This document shows, in pieces, positions 1-9,614 of a stretch of DNA of 64,000 nucleotides (position 1 is the stretch's first letter; each line of letters opens with the position of its first letter). The notes beneath the pieces are model-generated. The model was not told the DNA's origin, made no database searches, and saw nothing but the letters and a program-made list of their open reading frames with translations. The DNA is taken from positions 183,155 to 247,154 of the forward strand of contig JAWLBL010000011.1 of NCBI GenBank assembly GCA_041687695.1, given 5' to 3'. A program made the position numbers and the translations under genes. Source of the DNA: Myxococcota bacterium (lineage in GTDB: Bacteria; Myxococcota_A; UBA9042; PHBI01; JAWLBL01).

Positions 1-179
1 ACATCATGGACTGCCCGGTGGGCACCGTGATGAGCCGCCTGTTCCGCGGGCGCAAGAAGCTCCAGGAGGCCCTGTTCGACTACGCGCTCGAGCAGGGTAT
101 CATCTCGCCGCGCGACGCGCGGGACGACGAGGGCGCCATCTCGCTCGAGGCGTACCGCGAACGCAAGAAGACCGCCTGA
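1..179 (+). CDS. ECF RNA polymerase sigma factor, 3' part (SigH/SigR/RpoE-like), truncated by window edge
   Basis: Frame from nt 3 reads IMDCPVGTVMSRLFRGRKKLQEAL...KKTA* (region 4.2 signature). It precedes a ZAS anti-sigma gene. Confidence 0.9.
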   Translation, partial: IMDCPVGTVMSRLFRGRKKLQEALFDYALEQGIISPRDARDDEGAISLEAYRERKKTA

Positions 180-224
180 CGTCCCGTCGCTGCCGGAGTG
201 CAGGTCGTGGACTTGCCTTCGGCC

Positions 225-1079
225 ATGCCAACGACTCCGTTGGCTGGTGGCGAGCGTCAGGCCCAGCCCCCCACCACGCTGACAGCCGGCATGAACTGCG
301 ACGACGTACGGAACGGCATCTACGTTTATCTCGATGGCGAGTTCGCTCCCCCGGAGGAGGTCGCCTTCGAGCGCCACATCGACGCGTGCCCGGGCTGCCG
401 CGCCATGGTGTGCTGCGAGTCCGAGTTCCTGAGCGCGCTGAGGACCAGCATGGACGCCCCCGTGGCGTCCGAGGCGCTGCGGGCCCGGATCTGCGACGCG
501 CTGGCGCACTGCGCGACCACCGCGCGTGAGGACGATCGCGCCCCGCAAGCGCTGGTGGTCGCCGCGGGCGGTGGATGGCGTCGCGCGGTGATGCCCACGG
601 CGGTGGCGGCCAGCCTGACGGCGGCCGTCGTGTGGAGCATGGGCGCCGTCGCGGACGCCGACAAGGCGCCCGAGGTGGTCGACGAGGCCGTGGCCGTGCA
701 CGTCAAGGACCTCCCCATGGAGGTCCGCGGGACCGAGCACCAGATCCGCGAGTTCCTGCAAGAGAACGTGCCCTTCGCGATTCAGCTGCCCTTCCGGGAC
801 GAACCGAACGTGCGCCTGGTGGGCGCGCGGCTCACGCAGCTCAACGGCCGCTCGGCGGTCCTGTTCAACTACGAGTACCACGGCGAGCGCCTGAGCGTGC
901 TGCAGCTCGCGCAGCCCGAAGGCGACGGCGCCTTCGACCGGGCGGGCTTCCAGGTCGAGGACCGCCAGGGCTATCGCGTGGTCACCTATCGCCACCGCGG
1001 CGTGACCAACTCGGTGGTCGGCCACGTCGGCGAGTCCGAGATGCTGCGCCTCGTGCCGGCCGGGTTCTCGCCGCGCTGA
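225..1079 (+). CDS. Zinc-binding (zf-HC2/ZAS) membrane anti-sigma factor
   Basis: N-terminal Cys plus HIDACPGC (HxxxCxxC), one TM segment and a periplasmic domain. Start uncertain (198/225/291). Confidence 0.85.
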   Translation: MPTTPLAGGERQAQPPTTLTAGMNCDDVRNGIYVYLDGEFAPPEEVAFERHIDACPGCRAMVCCESEFLSALRTSMDAPVASEALRARICDALAHCATTAREDDRAPQALVVAAGGGWRRAVMPTAVAASLTAAVVWSMGAVADADKAPEVVDEAVAVHVKDLPMEVRGTEHQIREFLQENVPFAIQLPFRDEPNVRLVGARLTQLNGRSAVLFNYEYHGERLSVLQLAQPEGDGAFDRAGFQVEDRQGYRVVTYRHRGVTNSVVGHVGESEMLRLVPAGFSPR

Positions 1080-1113
1080 AGCTCGGCGGGCACGAAGCCC
1101 CCCGCGAAAGACG

Positions 1114-1150
1114 AAGCCCCGGCCACGCTCCAAGGCGTCGCCGGGGCTTT
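1114..1150. terminator. Probable bidirectional intrinsic terminator
   Basis: AAGCCCCGGC...GCCGGGGCTTT inverted repeat between convergent genes. Confidence 0.7.
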
Positions 1151-1171
1151 CGCGTCGCTACGGGCGGGCGA

Positions 1172-2923
1172 TCAGGGGGCGCAGGTGGCGACGTTGGCCG
1201 CCCCCGCGGCGTCGTCGAGCAGCGCGAGGCCCATCTTCTGGATCCCGGTCTCGGCGTTGCCCTTGTTCAGGAACGTCAGGTAGACGCGGCCGCCCTCGGC
1301 CGGCAGGCAGCCTTCGGTCAGGGTCACGGCGAAGCCCTTGGAAGGCGAGGGTGCCTTGGCGCCTGGCACGATGGCGTCGCTCTTCAGGCCGACCTTGGCG
1401 CCGTAGGTGACCTCGACCGGCTCGCCTCGGCGAAGCGCCAGGTCCATGTTCACTTCGCCGCCGCCGCCGCCGAAGGGGCCCTGCTGGGCCGACGCCTCCC
1501 AGGTGAGCGCGACGCCGGCCGTCCCCGCCGGGACGTCCACGTAGAACTGCACGTAGCCGGGCGCCCACTCGGTCATGCCGGGGACGGGCGCCGCCGTGCG
1601 GGTGGTCACCATGTAGGGCAGCCCGCCGAAGCCGGCCGAGAAGGCCTGCCACGGCTTGGCCCGCTCGCAGCCGATGAGGCCGTACTCCGTCAGGATGGCC
1701 TCGACCTGGGTGGCGGTGTCCTCGCCGATGAGCTCGGCCTCGGCCACGATGAGCTGCGCCGCCCCCTCGAAGCTGGTCTGCAGGGTCATCGCCTGGACGG
1801 CGCGCAGGATGATGCCGTCCGCCGTGTCCGCGCCCAGGGCCGCGCGGATGGCCCACATCGCGCTGCCGACGATCTCGCCGTCGGCGTGGATCTCGGTGGT
1901 CAGATCGTCCGGGCACACGCGCTTTTCGGACAGGTCGCGCACCATGTTCGGGTCGAGCCCGCCGATGCCGAAGGCGCCGACCACCGGGTGGTCCAGCAGC
2001 GACGCGGCGAAGTAGTCGGCCAGGCCCTCGTTGAGGGCGCCCGGCAGGTTGTCCATGCCGAAGGCGTCGGCGAGCGTGCCAAACAGGCGGCCGGTGCCGA
2101 TCATCGCGTGCGTGTACTCGTGCAGGATGACCGAGGCGTCGTAGGCGAAGTCGACCAGGGCGTACTGCCCGAAGACGATGGCGCCGCCCGCGCGCGGGCT
2201 CAGGCCCAGCTGCTGGATGCCTTCCTCGGGCATGAAGGCCGCGTTCGGGAAGGGCTGCCAGCCCTCGGACCCGCCGAAGAAGGGCGCCATGTCGGCGCTG
2301 ACCCAGAACTGCACGTTGACCAGGGCGGACAGCGGGAAGTCCAGGTAGCTCAGCCCGTGCGTGCCCGAGAAGTAGTCGTGAATCGTGTTCACGTAGTGGT
2401 ACATCATCACTTCGGCGAAGGGGTCGCCCGTGTCGCCGAAGTTCGCCGGGGGCTCGACGCTCAGGTAGTGCCCGTCGGGGTCGGGGAACACCGTCTTGGC
2501 CTCGCGGCACAGCCGCGCGAGGCCGCCCATGATGGTCTCGCCGCCGTCCTCGTTGAGGCAGTTGCTCACGTCGACGAACTCGCCCTTCAGGCTGCCGTCG
2601 TCGGAGACGGGCGGGCGCAGCGTGACCTTGGTCAGCTCGCTGCCGTCGATGGACGGGTCGTGGGCGAAGACCCAGGCCTCGGGCGCGTCGAGCTTGGGCG
2701 GGGTGACCGGCACGTCGGGGCCGGCGTCCGGGGGCTCGGTCGCGTCGGGTTCGGTCGCGTCGGGTTCGGTCGCGTCGGCTTCGGCGCCGTCGGGCGACTT
2801 GGCCGTGTCGACGGCGACGTCCTCGGTGGGCGTGCCCTGGTTCGGCGAGTCGGACTCGCAGGCGGGCACGACGAGGACGGCGCCGGCGAGGGCCAGGGCG
2901 GCGAAGGGCTTGCGGTTTCGCAT
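1172..2923 (-). CDS. M4/M36 (thermolysin/fungalysin-like) zinc metallopeptidase lipoprotein
   Basis: Lipobox VVPAC, NAAF, HEYTH, NEGLADYF and EIHADGE motifs. GAGG RBS before ATG 2923. Confidence 0.85.
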   Translation of the reverse strand: MRNRKPFAALALAGAVLVVPACESDSPNQGTPTEDVAVDTAKSPDGAEADATEPDATEPDATEPPDAGPDVPVTPPKLDAPEAWVFAHDPSIDGSELTKVTLRPPVSDDGSLKGEFVDVSNCLNEDGGETIMGGLARLCREAKTVFPDPDGHYLSVEPPANFGDTGDPFAEVMMYHYVNTIHDYFSGTHGLSYLDFPLSALVNVQFWVSADMAPFFGGSEGWQPFPNAAFMPEEGIQQLGLSPRAGGAIVFGQYALVDFAYDASVILHEYTHAMIGTGRLFGTLADAFGMDNLPGALNEGLADYFAASLLDHPVVGAFGIGGLDPNMVRDLSEKRVCPDDLTTEIHADGEIVGSAMWAIRAALGADTADGIILRAVQAMTLQTSFEGAAQLIVAEAELIGEDTATQVEAILTEYGLIGCERAKPWQAFSAGFGGLPYMVTTRTAAPVPGMTEWAPGYVQFYVDVPAGTAGVALTWEASAQQGPFGGGGGEVNMDLALRRGEPVEVTYGAKVGLKSDAIVPGAKAPSPSKGFAVTLTEGCLPAEGGRVYLTFLNKGNAETGIQKMGLALLDDAAGAANVATCAP

Positions 2924-2937
2924 CGGGATCCTCGCGG

Positions 2938-3651
2938 TCAGCGGACGAGCCGGTCGTGGAGCCCGAAGGGGGCGCCGGTGGAGCCGTCGACGAGCACGAC
3001 CCAGTCGGCCAGCGCCGGGGCGCCGGTGACCTGGATCTGGTACGAGACGACGCCGTAGTCGCCGCTGGCGGCGACGATCGTGCGGGTGGTCCCGCAGCCC
3101 AGGGCGTCGGCCGGGGTGGCCAGGCGGGCGCCGACCGCGGCGCGGGCGACGTCGCAGGCCGCCGCGGCGTCGAGGGTCGCGGGGGTGACCTGCGCGAGCG
3201 CCTGGGCGTCGCCTGCCAGGCTCAGCACGGTCCCGGCGGCGTCCACCGTCACGGTCACGCCGCGGCCGTGCACCGGCAGGCCCTGCCAACGCTGCTCGAA
3301 GCGCACGACCCCACGATCGCGGGTCTGGACCGTCTCGGCGTGGGCCAGGTCGGTCGCGGGCAGCTGGACCAGATCGGGCCAGGCGGTCAGGAACGTCTCG
3401 GCGGCCCTGCGGGCGTCGCGGTGGCCGGTCTCGGTGGCCAGGCCGGTCACCAGCGCCGGCGTCGCGCGCCCCTTGCGCCACTGGACCCGCAGCCGGGCGC
3501 GCTGGTCCTTCAGCCGCTGCACGCTGGCTTCGGCGCGAGCGCGGGCAGCCTCCTGCCCCGCGGGGGCGTCCGGCGGGGTCGCCAGCGCGCTGGGCGCTCC
3601 GAACGCCAGCAGGGCGAGCAGGGTCCAGGGTCGCAGTCGTGTCCTCGTCAT
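2938..3651 (-). CDS. Stand-alone FTP/PepSY-like protease propeptide with signal peptide
   Basis: Signal peptide. VVRFEQRWQGLPVHGRGVTV is FTP-like and WVVLVDGSTGA is PepSY-like. No HExxH. Confidence 0.75.
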   Translation of the reverse strand: MTRTRLRPWTLLALLAFGAPSALATPPDAPAGQEAARARAEASVQRLKDQRARLRVQWRKGRATPALVTGLATETGHRDARRAAETFLTAWPDLVQLPATDLAHAETVQTRDRGVVRFEQRWQGLPVHGRGVTVTVDAAGTVLSLAGDAQALAQVTPATLDAAAACDVARAAVGARLATPADALGCGTTRTIVAASGDYGVVSYQIQVTGAPALADWVVLVDGSTGAPFGLHDRLVR

Positions 3652-3794
3652 GGGCGCCTCCTAGGTCGAAGGCGCGCACGATAGCGGATTCGGGCCCCCA
3701 TGGGCCAACGGTTCCTTCCCGCGCGGGCCGCCCTCTCGGCGACGCGGCGGTCCCGGGGTTGGCCCCGCCCGGCCCCCGCCGCTATGGTACGCGC

Positions 3795-6704
3795 GTGCAG
3801 CGCACCCGGCTCGCCCCGCTCCTGGCCCTCCTCCTAGCGCTGGTCTCGTCCGCTGCGCCGCCGCCGGCCCACGCCGGCACGGACCCCGAACGGCAGTGGT
3901 ACACCCTGCTGACCGAGCACTTCGCGGTGCACACCTACGACGGCGGCGAGGCCCTGGCCCGGCGCGCCGCCGGCTGGGCCGAGGCCGCCTGGACCGAGCT
4001 GAACCCCGTCTTCGGCTGGACCCCCGAGGAGCGCATCCACGTCGTGGTGGTCGACGACGGCGACTCCGCCAACGGCTTCGCCAGCGTGATGCCCTACGAC
4101 GCGATCACGCTCTTCGCCCACCCGCCGGAGGCCGACGGCAGCCTGAGCGACTACGACGACTGGCTCAAGCTCCTCGTCTACCACGAGTACGCCCACGTCG
4201 TTCACCTGGACAACGCCGAGGGCCTGCCGCGCGTCCTCAACACCGTCCTCGGCAAGAGCATCAAGCCCAACCAGGCCCTGCCGCGCTGGTTGACCGAGGG
4301 CCTGGCGACCTGGGTCGAGTCGACGTACACGGCCGCCGGCCGCGTCGGCTCGAGCCGCTTCGAGATGATCCTGCGCACCGCCGTCCTCGAGGACCGCCTG
4401 CTCGAGCTGGACGAGCTGACGGGCGAGCCGCTGCGCCACCCGCGCGGCACCAGCTGGTACCTGTACGGCAGCTACCTGGTCGACCACATCGTCCGCGCGA
4501 CCGGCGCGGACGCCATCCGCGCCTTCGTGGACGCCTACGGTCGCCGCGTCATCCCGTTCTCGATGAACATCACCGCGCGGCAGACCACCGGCAAGGACCT
4601 CGCCGCCTGGTACGCCGAGCTGAAGACCGCCCTGGTCGCCCGCGCCCACGCCACGCGCGACGCCCTGCAGGCCGCGGGGCGGCTCGAGGGGGTCCGCCGC
4701 ACACGCGGCGGCGAGGTCAAGCTGTATCCCCGCCTGTCCCCAGACGGCCGCTGGCTGGTCTACGTCCGCGCCGACGGCCACGCCCAGGCCGAGCTGGTCG
4801 CCGCCCCGGTCGCCGACCCGTCCGACGTGCGCCCCATCATCCGCTGCGACGGCGGCTGCGGCCGCTTCGCCTTCACCCGCGACGGCCGCGAGCTCGTCCT
4901 GGCGAGCGGGCGCCCCTACCGGCAGGTCAACTGGTACACCGAGCTGGTCCGTGTCCCCTTCACCCCCCACCAGCCGCGCCGCGCCGGCCGCGTCCTGACC
5001 CGCGGCGCCCGCACCACCGAGCCTTCGGTGGCCCCGGCCGGCGACCTCGTCTGGACGGCCAGCTCGGGCTGGGGTCAGACCTGGCTCGAGGCCCGCGACG
5101 CCACGACCGGCGCGCTGCGCCACCGCTGGGATCCGCCGCCCTGGGCGCGCGTCAACACGCCCGTCGCCTCGCCGGACGGCCGCACCGTCTACGTCTCGAT
5201 GCACCACGCCGGCAACCGCGACCTGTACGCGGTCGACCTCGCCTCGGGACAGGCCTCGCGCCTCACCGAGGGCCGCGCCCTCGAGATAGACCTGTCGCTG
5301 TCCCCCGACGGCCGCTGGCTCCTTTACAGCTCCGACACCACCGGCATCTACGACGTCTACGCCCGCGAGCTGGCGACCGGCCGCACCGTCCGCCTGACCC
5401 GCGTCCTGTCGGGCGCCTTCCAGCCGTCGGTCTCACCCGACGGGCAGATCCTGGTCTACACGGGCTGGACCGCCCAGGGCTGGGAGCTCTACACCCTGCC
5501 GTTCGCCCCCGACGCGGCCCCCCTGGTCGCCGATCCCGACGGCACCGAGCTGCGCCCCTCGGCCGGCGAGCCGCCCGCCATCGCCATCGAGCGCCGGCCC
5601 TACAACCCGCTGCCGACCATGCTCCCGCGCAACTGGATCCCGACCTACTTCGTCGATTCCTTCGGCTTCAGCCGCCTCGGCCTGACCTTCGGCGGCGCCG
5701 ACGCCAGCGGCCGCCTGTCGAGCGCCATCGGCTTCGAGGTCGACCTCGACCGCGACGACTTCTCGGCCTTCGCCTCGGTCGGCGTCGGCCTGTGGTGGCC
5801 GCAGGTGACGCTGACGGCGGGCCGCTACACCTGGGACCGCTTCTCCTTCTTCGACGATCGCTTCGAGGACTACCGCGAGGAGGTCCTCTTCTCGTCGCTC
5901 GACGTCTCGCTGCCCCTGCCCAGCGCCCACATCGGCATGTTCGTCGGCGGCACCTTCACCGCCGACCTGTCCCGCGCCGTGCAGGCGGCCCCGGTCGACC
6001 CCAGCCCCGACCAGTTCACCTCCTTCGTCCCGCGCGAGGGGCTGTCGACCTCGCTGCGGCTGTATTGGCAACTCTCCGACGTCGAGCGCTTCGCCTTCAG
6101 CGTCTCCCCCATGCGCGGCGGCTCGGCCAGCGCGGCCTTCCGCCTGCGCCACCCGGCCATCGGCTCGACCCTGACCAACTACACCCTCAGCTACGGCCTG
6201 ACGCGCTACCTGCCGATGCCCTGGGCCCAGGATCACGTGACCGCGCTGCGCATGCAGGGCGGCTGGAGCGGCGGCGAGTCGCCGGGCACCTTCACCCTGG
6301 GCGGCGTCCCGGACCAGAACATCTTCTCGGATCTGGTCAACCTGACGCAGGCCGGCGCCACCTGGCTGCGCGGCTTCGCGCCCAACGCCTACGTCGGCAC
6401 CGCCTATCACCTGCTCAGCACCGAGTACCGGCTGCCGCTCATGCGCGCGCGCACCGGGCTCGAGACCCTGCCCGTCTTCGTCCGCGACGTCGCGGGGGCC
6501 CTCTTCGTCGACACCGGCCTCGCCTACAGCGACCCCTTCGACCTCGACACCTTCGAGCGGCTCCGCGTCGGCGTGGGCGCCGAGCTGCGCACCGAGCTCG
6601 AGCTCTTCTTCGGGCTGACCACCAGCCTCCGCCTCGGTTACGGCTACGGCCTGGGCCCCGACGGCGGCGGCCAGCTCTACCTGCTGATGGCGCCGCCGCC
6701 ATGA
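3795..6704 (+). CDS. Omp85/BamA-like outer-membrane protein with N-terminal zincin-like domain and TolB/PD40 beta-propeller
   Basis: Signal peptide, HEYAH...WLTEGLA, repeated SPDGR motifs and C-terminal LRGF, EYRLP, FVDTG, GVGAELR. Confidence 0.85.
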   Translation: MQRTRLAPLLALLLALVSSAAPPPAHAGTDPERQWYTLLTEHFAVHTYDGGEALARRAAGWAEAAWTELNPVFGWTPEERIHVVVVDDGDSANGFASVMPYDAITLFAHPPEADGSLSDYDDWLKLLVYHEYAHVVHLDNAEGLPRVLNTVLGKSIKPNQALPRWLTEGLATWVESTYTAAGRVGSSRFEMILRTAVLEDRLLELDELTGEPLRHPRGTSWYLYGSYLVDHIVRATGADAIRAFVDAYGRRVIPFSMNITARQTTGKDLAAWYAELKTALVARAHATRDALQAAGRLEGVRRTRGGEVKLYPRLSPDGRWLVYVRADGHAQAELVAAPVADPSDVRPIIRCDGGCGRFAFTRDGRELVLASGRPYRQVNWYTELVRVPFTPHQPRRAGRVLTRGARTTEPSVAPAGDLVWTASSGWGQTWLEARDATTGALRHRWDPPPWARVNTPVASPDGRTVYVSMHHAGNRDLYAVDLASGQASRLTEGRALEIDLSLSPDGRWLLYSSDTTGIYDVYARELATGRTVRLTRVLSGAFQPSVSPDGQILVYTGWTAQGWELYTLPFAPDAAPLVADPDGTELRPSAGEPPAIAIERRPYNPLPTMLPRNWIPTYFVDSFGFSRLGLTFGGADASGRLSSAIGFEVDLDRDDFSAFASVGVGLWWPQVTLTAGRYTWDRFSFFDDRFEDYREEVLFSSLDVSLPLPSAHIGMFVGGTFTADLSRAVQAAPVDPSPDQFTSFVPREGLSTSLRLYWQLSDVERFAFSVSPMRGGSASAAFRLRHPAIGSTLTNYTLSYGLTRYLPMPWAQDHVTALRMQGGWSGGESPGTFTLGGVPDQNIFSDLVNLTQAGATWLRGFAPNAYVGTAYHLLSTEYRLPLMRARTGLETLPVFVRDVAGALFVDTGLAYSDPFDLDTFERLRVGVGAELRTELELFFGLTTSLRLGYGYGLGPDGGGQLYLLMAPPP

Positions 6705-6811
6705 CGCGCCGCACAGGCCCGTCGGAGCATTACTTTTCGGCAGTTCGACGCATTTGACACCCTGACGGACGCATGGCTAGGCTCCCCGTCGACCCCCGTC
6801 CGGGAGACGCC

Positions 6812-7735
6812 ATGCCTCTGTTCGCCAGGCTCCTTCTCGCGCTCGGCCTCGTCGCGTCGACCGCGACCGCCGCCTCCGCCCAACCCGCCGAGGGGCGCCG
6901 CTACAAGGTGCTCGGCATGCAGGTCGAGGGCGGCGATCTGTCGGCCAAGGACCGCGACGATCTGTTCCGCGTCGTGCAGGCCAAGTTGCGCAGCTACCCC
7001 AACATCGAGCTGCTCAAGCCGCCCGCGGGCGAGCTGACCGACGAGATGATCGATCTCGAGTGCATCGATCTGGACGAGGAGTGCTTCACGCGCCTCGGCA
7101 AGAAGTACGGCGCCGAGCGCGTCTTCTACACCCAGGTCGACAAGGCGGCGCCCTACGCGCTGGTCGTCCGGGTGCTCGAGGTCTCGACCGGCAAGCTCAT
7201 CCGCGACAACAAGGTCCCGGTGCGCTCGCTGCCCGAGCTGACGACGGCGCTCGAGCGCGAGGTCGAGCAGGTCTTCGGGCCGCCGCCGGCGCCCAAGCCC
7301 GAGACCGGGACGGTGGTCATCGAGTCGCCGGGCGCGAAGATCTACATCGGCGCGGACTACGTCGGGACGGGCAAGGTCACGTTGGAGAAGCCACCGGGCC
7401 CCTACACGCTGCGCGTGACGCGCGACGGCTACGAGGAGCAGGTCGGCGCCGTGATGGTCGAGGCGGGCAAGACGACGACCAAGAAGATCGAGCTGAAGCC
7501 CGTGGGCCTCGCCGGCGGGGTGGTCGTGCCGACGGAGCCCCGGCCCGACGAGCCCAAGGCCTTCTACGAGCAGTGGTGGTTCTGGACCGGCGTGGGCGTC
7601 GTGGTGCTGGGCACCACGGTGGCCATCGCCGCGGCCTCGGACGACGCGTCGGACGTGCCGCGCGGGTCGGTGGTGGTCTCGGTCGACCCGCAGAGCGCCT
7701 GGCAGGACGCCGGGGTGAAGGGAGCGGCGCGATGA
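6812..7735 (+). CDS. PEGA domain protein with C-terminal membrane anchor
   Basis: PGAKIYIG...PGPYTLRVTRDGY and FYEQWWFWTGVGVV tail. Confidence 0.8.
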   Translation: MPLFARLLLALGLVASTATAASAQPAEGRRYKVLGMQVEGGDLSAKDRDDLFRVVQAKLRSYPNIELLKPPAGELTDEMIDLECIDLDEECFTRLGKKYGAERVFYTQVDKAAPYALVVRVLEVSTGKLIRDNKVPVRSLPELTTALEREVEQVFGPPPAPKPETGTVVIESPGAKIYIGADYVGTGKVTLEKPPGPYTLRVTRDGYEEQVGAVMVEAGKTTTKKIELKPVGLAGGVVVPTEPRPDEPKAFYEQWWFWTGVGVVVLGTTVAIAAASDDASDVPRGSVVVSVDPQSAWQDAGVKGAAR

Positions 7736-9540
7736 GGATGGGGCCGATGATGCGTCGGGGACGGTTCGCGGGTGTGGCGCTGGGCGTCGTGGCGGGGCTG
7801 GGGCTGGCCGCGGGCGGCTGCGCCGACCAGCTCGAGGACGACACGGGCACCCTCGTGGTCGGCCTGCGAGACGAGACGGGCGGCTGGTTCCGCCTGCGGA
7901 TCTTCTCCAGCCAGCCGAACGCGGCCCTCGAGGGCGACGAGATCTACGGCACGGGCTGCCTCGAGGCGAAGTCGCGCACCTACGAGCTGACGCGCATCCC
8001 CTCGGGCACCGATCGCTGGGTGGTCATCGAGAGCTTCCAGAGCGCGACCTGCGACGCGGCCGTGCGACAGGAGATGGGCTTTCGCGGCGGCGTCGAGATC
8101 CCGCGCGGTGGGACGGCGCCCTACTTCCACGTGCCGCTGTACGACGAGCACGGCCTCACCGCCCTGCCCGAGGACATCAACATCTCGGCCAGCCTGGCCG
8201 AGCCCATCGACACCTGCCTGACCGACGCGCACTGCGAGGCCGAGTTCGGGGCCGGTTACGCCTGCTTCGACGAGCAGAAGCCCAGCTACTGGTGCCTGCC
8301 CTCGTGCGACGCCAACGCCGACTGCGCCGGCTATCACCCCGACGCGACCTGCGACCTGCCGACCGGCTACTGCATCCTGCGCTCGCCCTTCCCGCTGAAC
8401 CTGTCCGAGCCGCGCGCGCTGGGCCACGCCGTCGGCCTGTCGGACGGCAGCGTCGCCTTCCTGGGCGGCTACGGGCTGGTCAGCGCCGGGCGCCTGCAGG
8501 CCGGCCAGCACGCGGTCGAGGTGTTCGACGCGACCCTCGGGCTGTTCACGCGGCCCGAGATCGCCGGGCTGGACGCGCTGCCGGGTCTGTCCGGGCTGGC
8601 GCGCCTGTCGTCGGACCGGGTCGCCCTGGTCGGCGGCGCCGGCAGCCTGACCCTGAACTGGTCGGGCAGCGGCTCGGGGCTGACCCTCGAGGGGGCGGCG
8701 CCCACCGGCGGGACGTGCCCGGGGGCGACGTGCGTGGGCGAGCTGTCCGACGCGCTGGTCGTCGTCGACTTCGCCAGCGGCCAGGCCACGACCCAGACGC
8801 TGCCGACGGCGGTCGCGATGCCGGCCGTGGCGGTGCTGGACGACGGGCGCCTGCTGGTGATGGGCGGCCTGGTCGAGGGCGACGAGGGCGTGCAGCCGAC
8901 GGACGCGACGTGGCTGTGCAGCGTGGGAGGCGACTGCGAGCCGGGTCCGACCCTGTCGACGCCGCGGGCCGGCGCGACCGTCGCCTGCCTGGGCGAGGCC
9001 TGCGCCGAGCGGGTCCTCGTGGGTGGCAACGCGACCGGCAAGCTGGCCGAGGCCATCGAGGTCGACGGCGACGAGGTGGCCTTCGCGACCCTGCTCGAGG
9101 CGGACCTGCCGGCCCGCGTCTTCGGCGCGCAGACCTGCGGGGCGACCCTGGTCGCCGGCGCGGCCACGCCCACGGGCGTCGGCGGCGTGACCCCGGCCCG
9201 GCTCGCCCGCGAGGGCAGCGACCTGAACGGCACGGCGGTGCCCACCGACGCCATCGAGGCCCTGCCGCTGTGGCCGGCCGTGGCGGCGATGCCCGGCGGC
9301 GGCTGCTGGATCTTCGGCGGCCTCGACGGTGACGGCCGCGTCAGCGCGACCACCTTCCGCGCCACGCCGGCCAACCTGCCGGCGACCACCTTCGACATGA
9401 GCCGCGGCCGCTTCGGCGCCATGGCCGCGCCCATCGGGGCGGGGCCGCTGACCGGCAGCGTCGTGGTCGGAGGCGGCCTGCGCCTCATCGACGGCAACGG
9501 CGTCGGGTTCGTCCGCGGCGCCGAGGTCCTGCGGCCATAG
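7732..9540 (+). CDS. Cys-rich Kelch-repeat lipoprotein
   Basis: Lipobox AAGGC. Kelch-like repeats (LSDGSVAFLGG, LDDGRLLVMGG). ATGA overlap with upstream gene. Confidence 0.75.
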   Translation: MRMGPMMRRGRFAGVALGVVAGLGLAAGGCADQLEDDTGTLVVGLRDETGGWFRLRIFSSQPNAALEGDEIYGTGCLEAKSRTYELTRIPSGTDRWVVIESFQSATCDAAVRQEMGFRGGVEIPRGGTAPYFHVPLYDEHGLTALPEDINISASLAEPIDTCLTDAHCEAEFGAGYACFDEQKPSYWCLPSCDANADCAGYHPDATCDLPTGYCILRSPFPLNLSEPRALGHAVGLSDGSVAFLGGYGLVSAGRLQAGQHAVEVFDATLGLFTRPEIAGLDALPGLSGLARLSSDRVALVGGAGSLTLNWSGSGSGLTLEGAAPTGGTCPGATCVGELSDALVVVDFASGQATTQTLPTAVAMPAVAVLDDGRLLVMGGLVEGDEGVQPTDATWLCSVGGDCEPGPTLSTPRAGATVACLGEACAERVLVGGNATGKLAEAIEVDGDEVAFATLLEADLPARVFGAQTCGATLVAGAATPTGVGGVTPARLAREGSDLNGTAVPTDAIEALPLWPAVAAMPGGGCWIFGGLDGDGRVSATTFRATPANLPATTFDMSRGRFGAMAAPIGAGPLTGSVVVGGGLRLIDGNGVGFVRGAEVLRP

Positions 9541-9614
9541 GCTCCTTCGGAAGACCCGGCCTCGGCGCGCTCCGCTCGAGGCCGTCGCTTCCCGGGCTCT
9601 CGGCCGCGCTCGGC

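Noticed and set aside
575..3058. Long antisense/alternate-frame ORFs here and throughout (e.g. 20410-23523, 25674-28490, 29395-33090)
   Set aside because: Shadow ORFs typical of very high-GC DNA, overlapping well-supported genes
2923..3679. 835-aa single protease ORF or programmed frameshift joining propeptide and protease
   Set aside because: The upstream part of that frame is low-complexity, and the catalytic gene has its own RBS and lipoprotein signal
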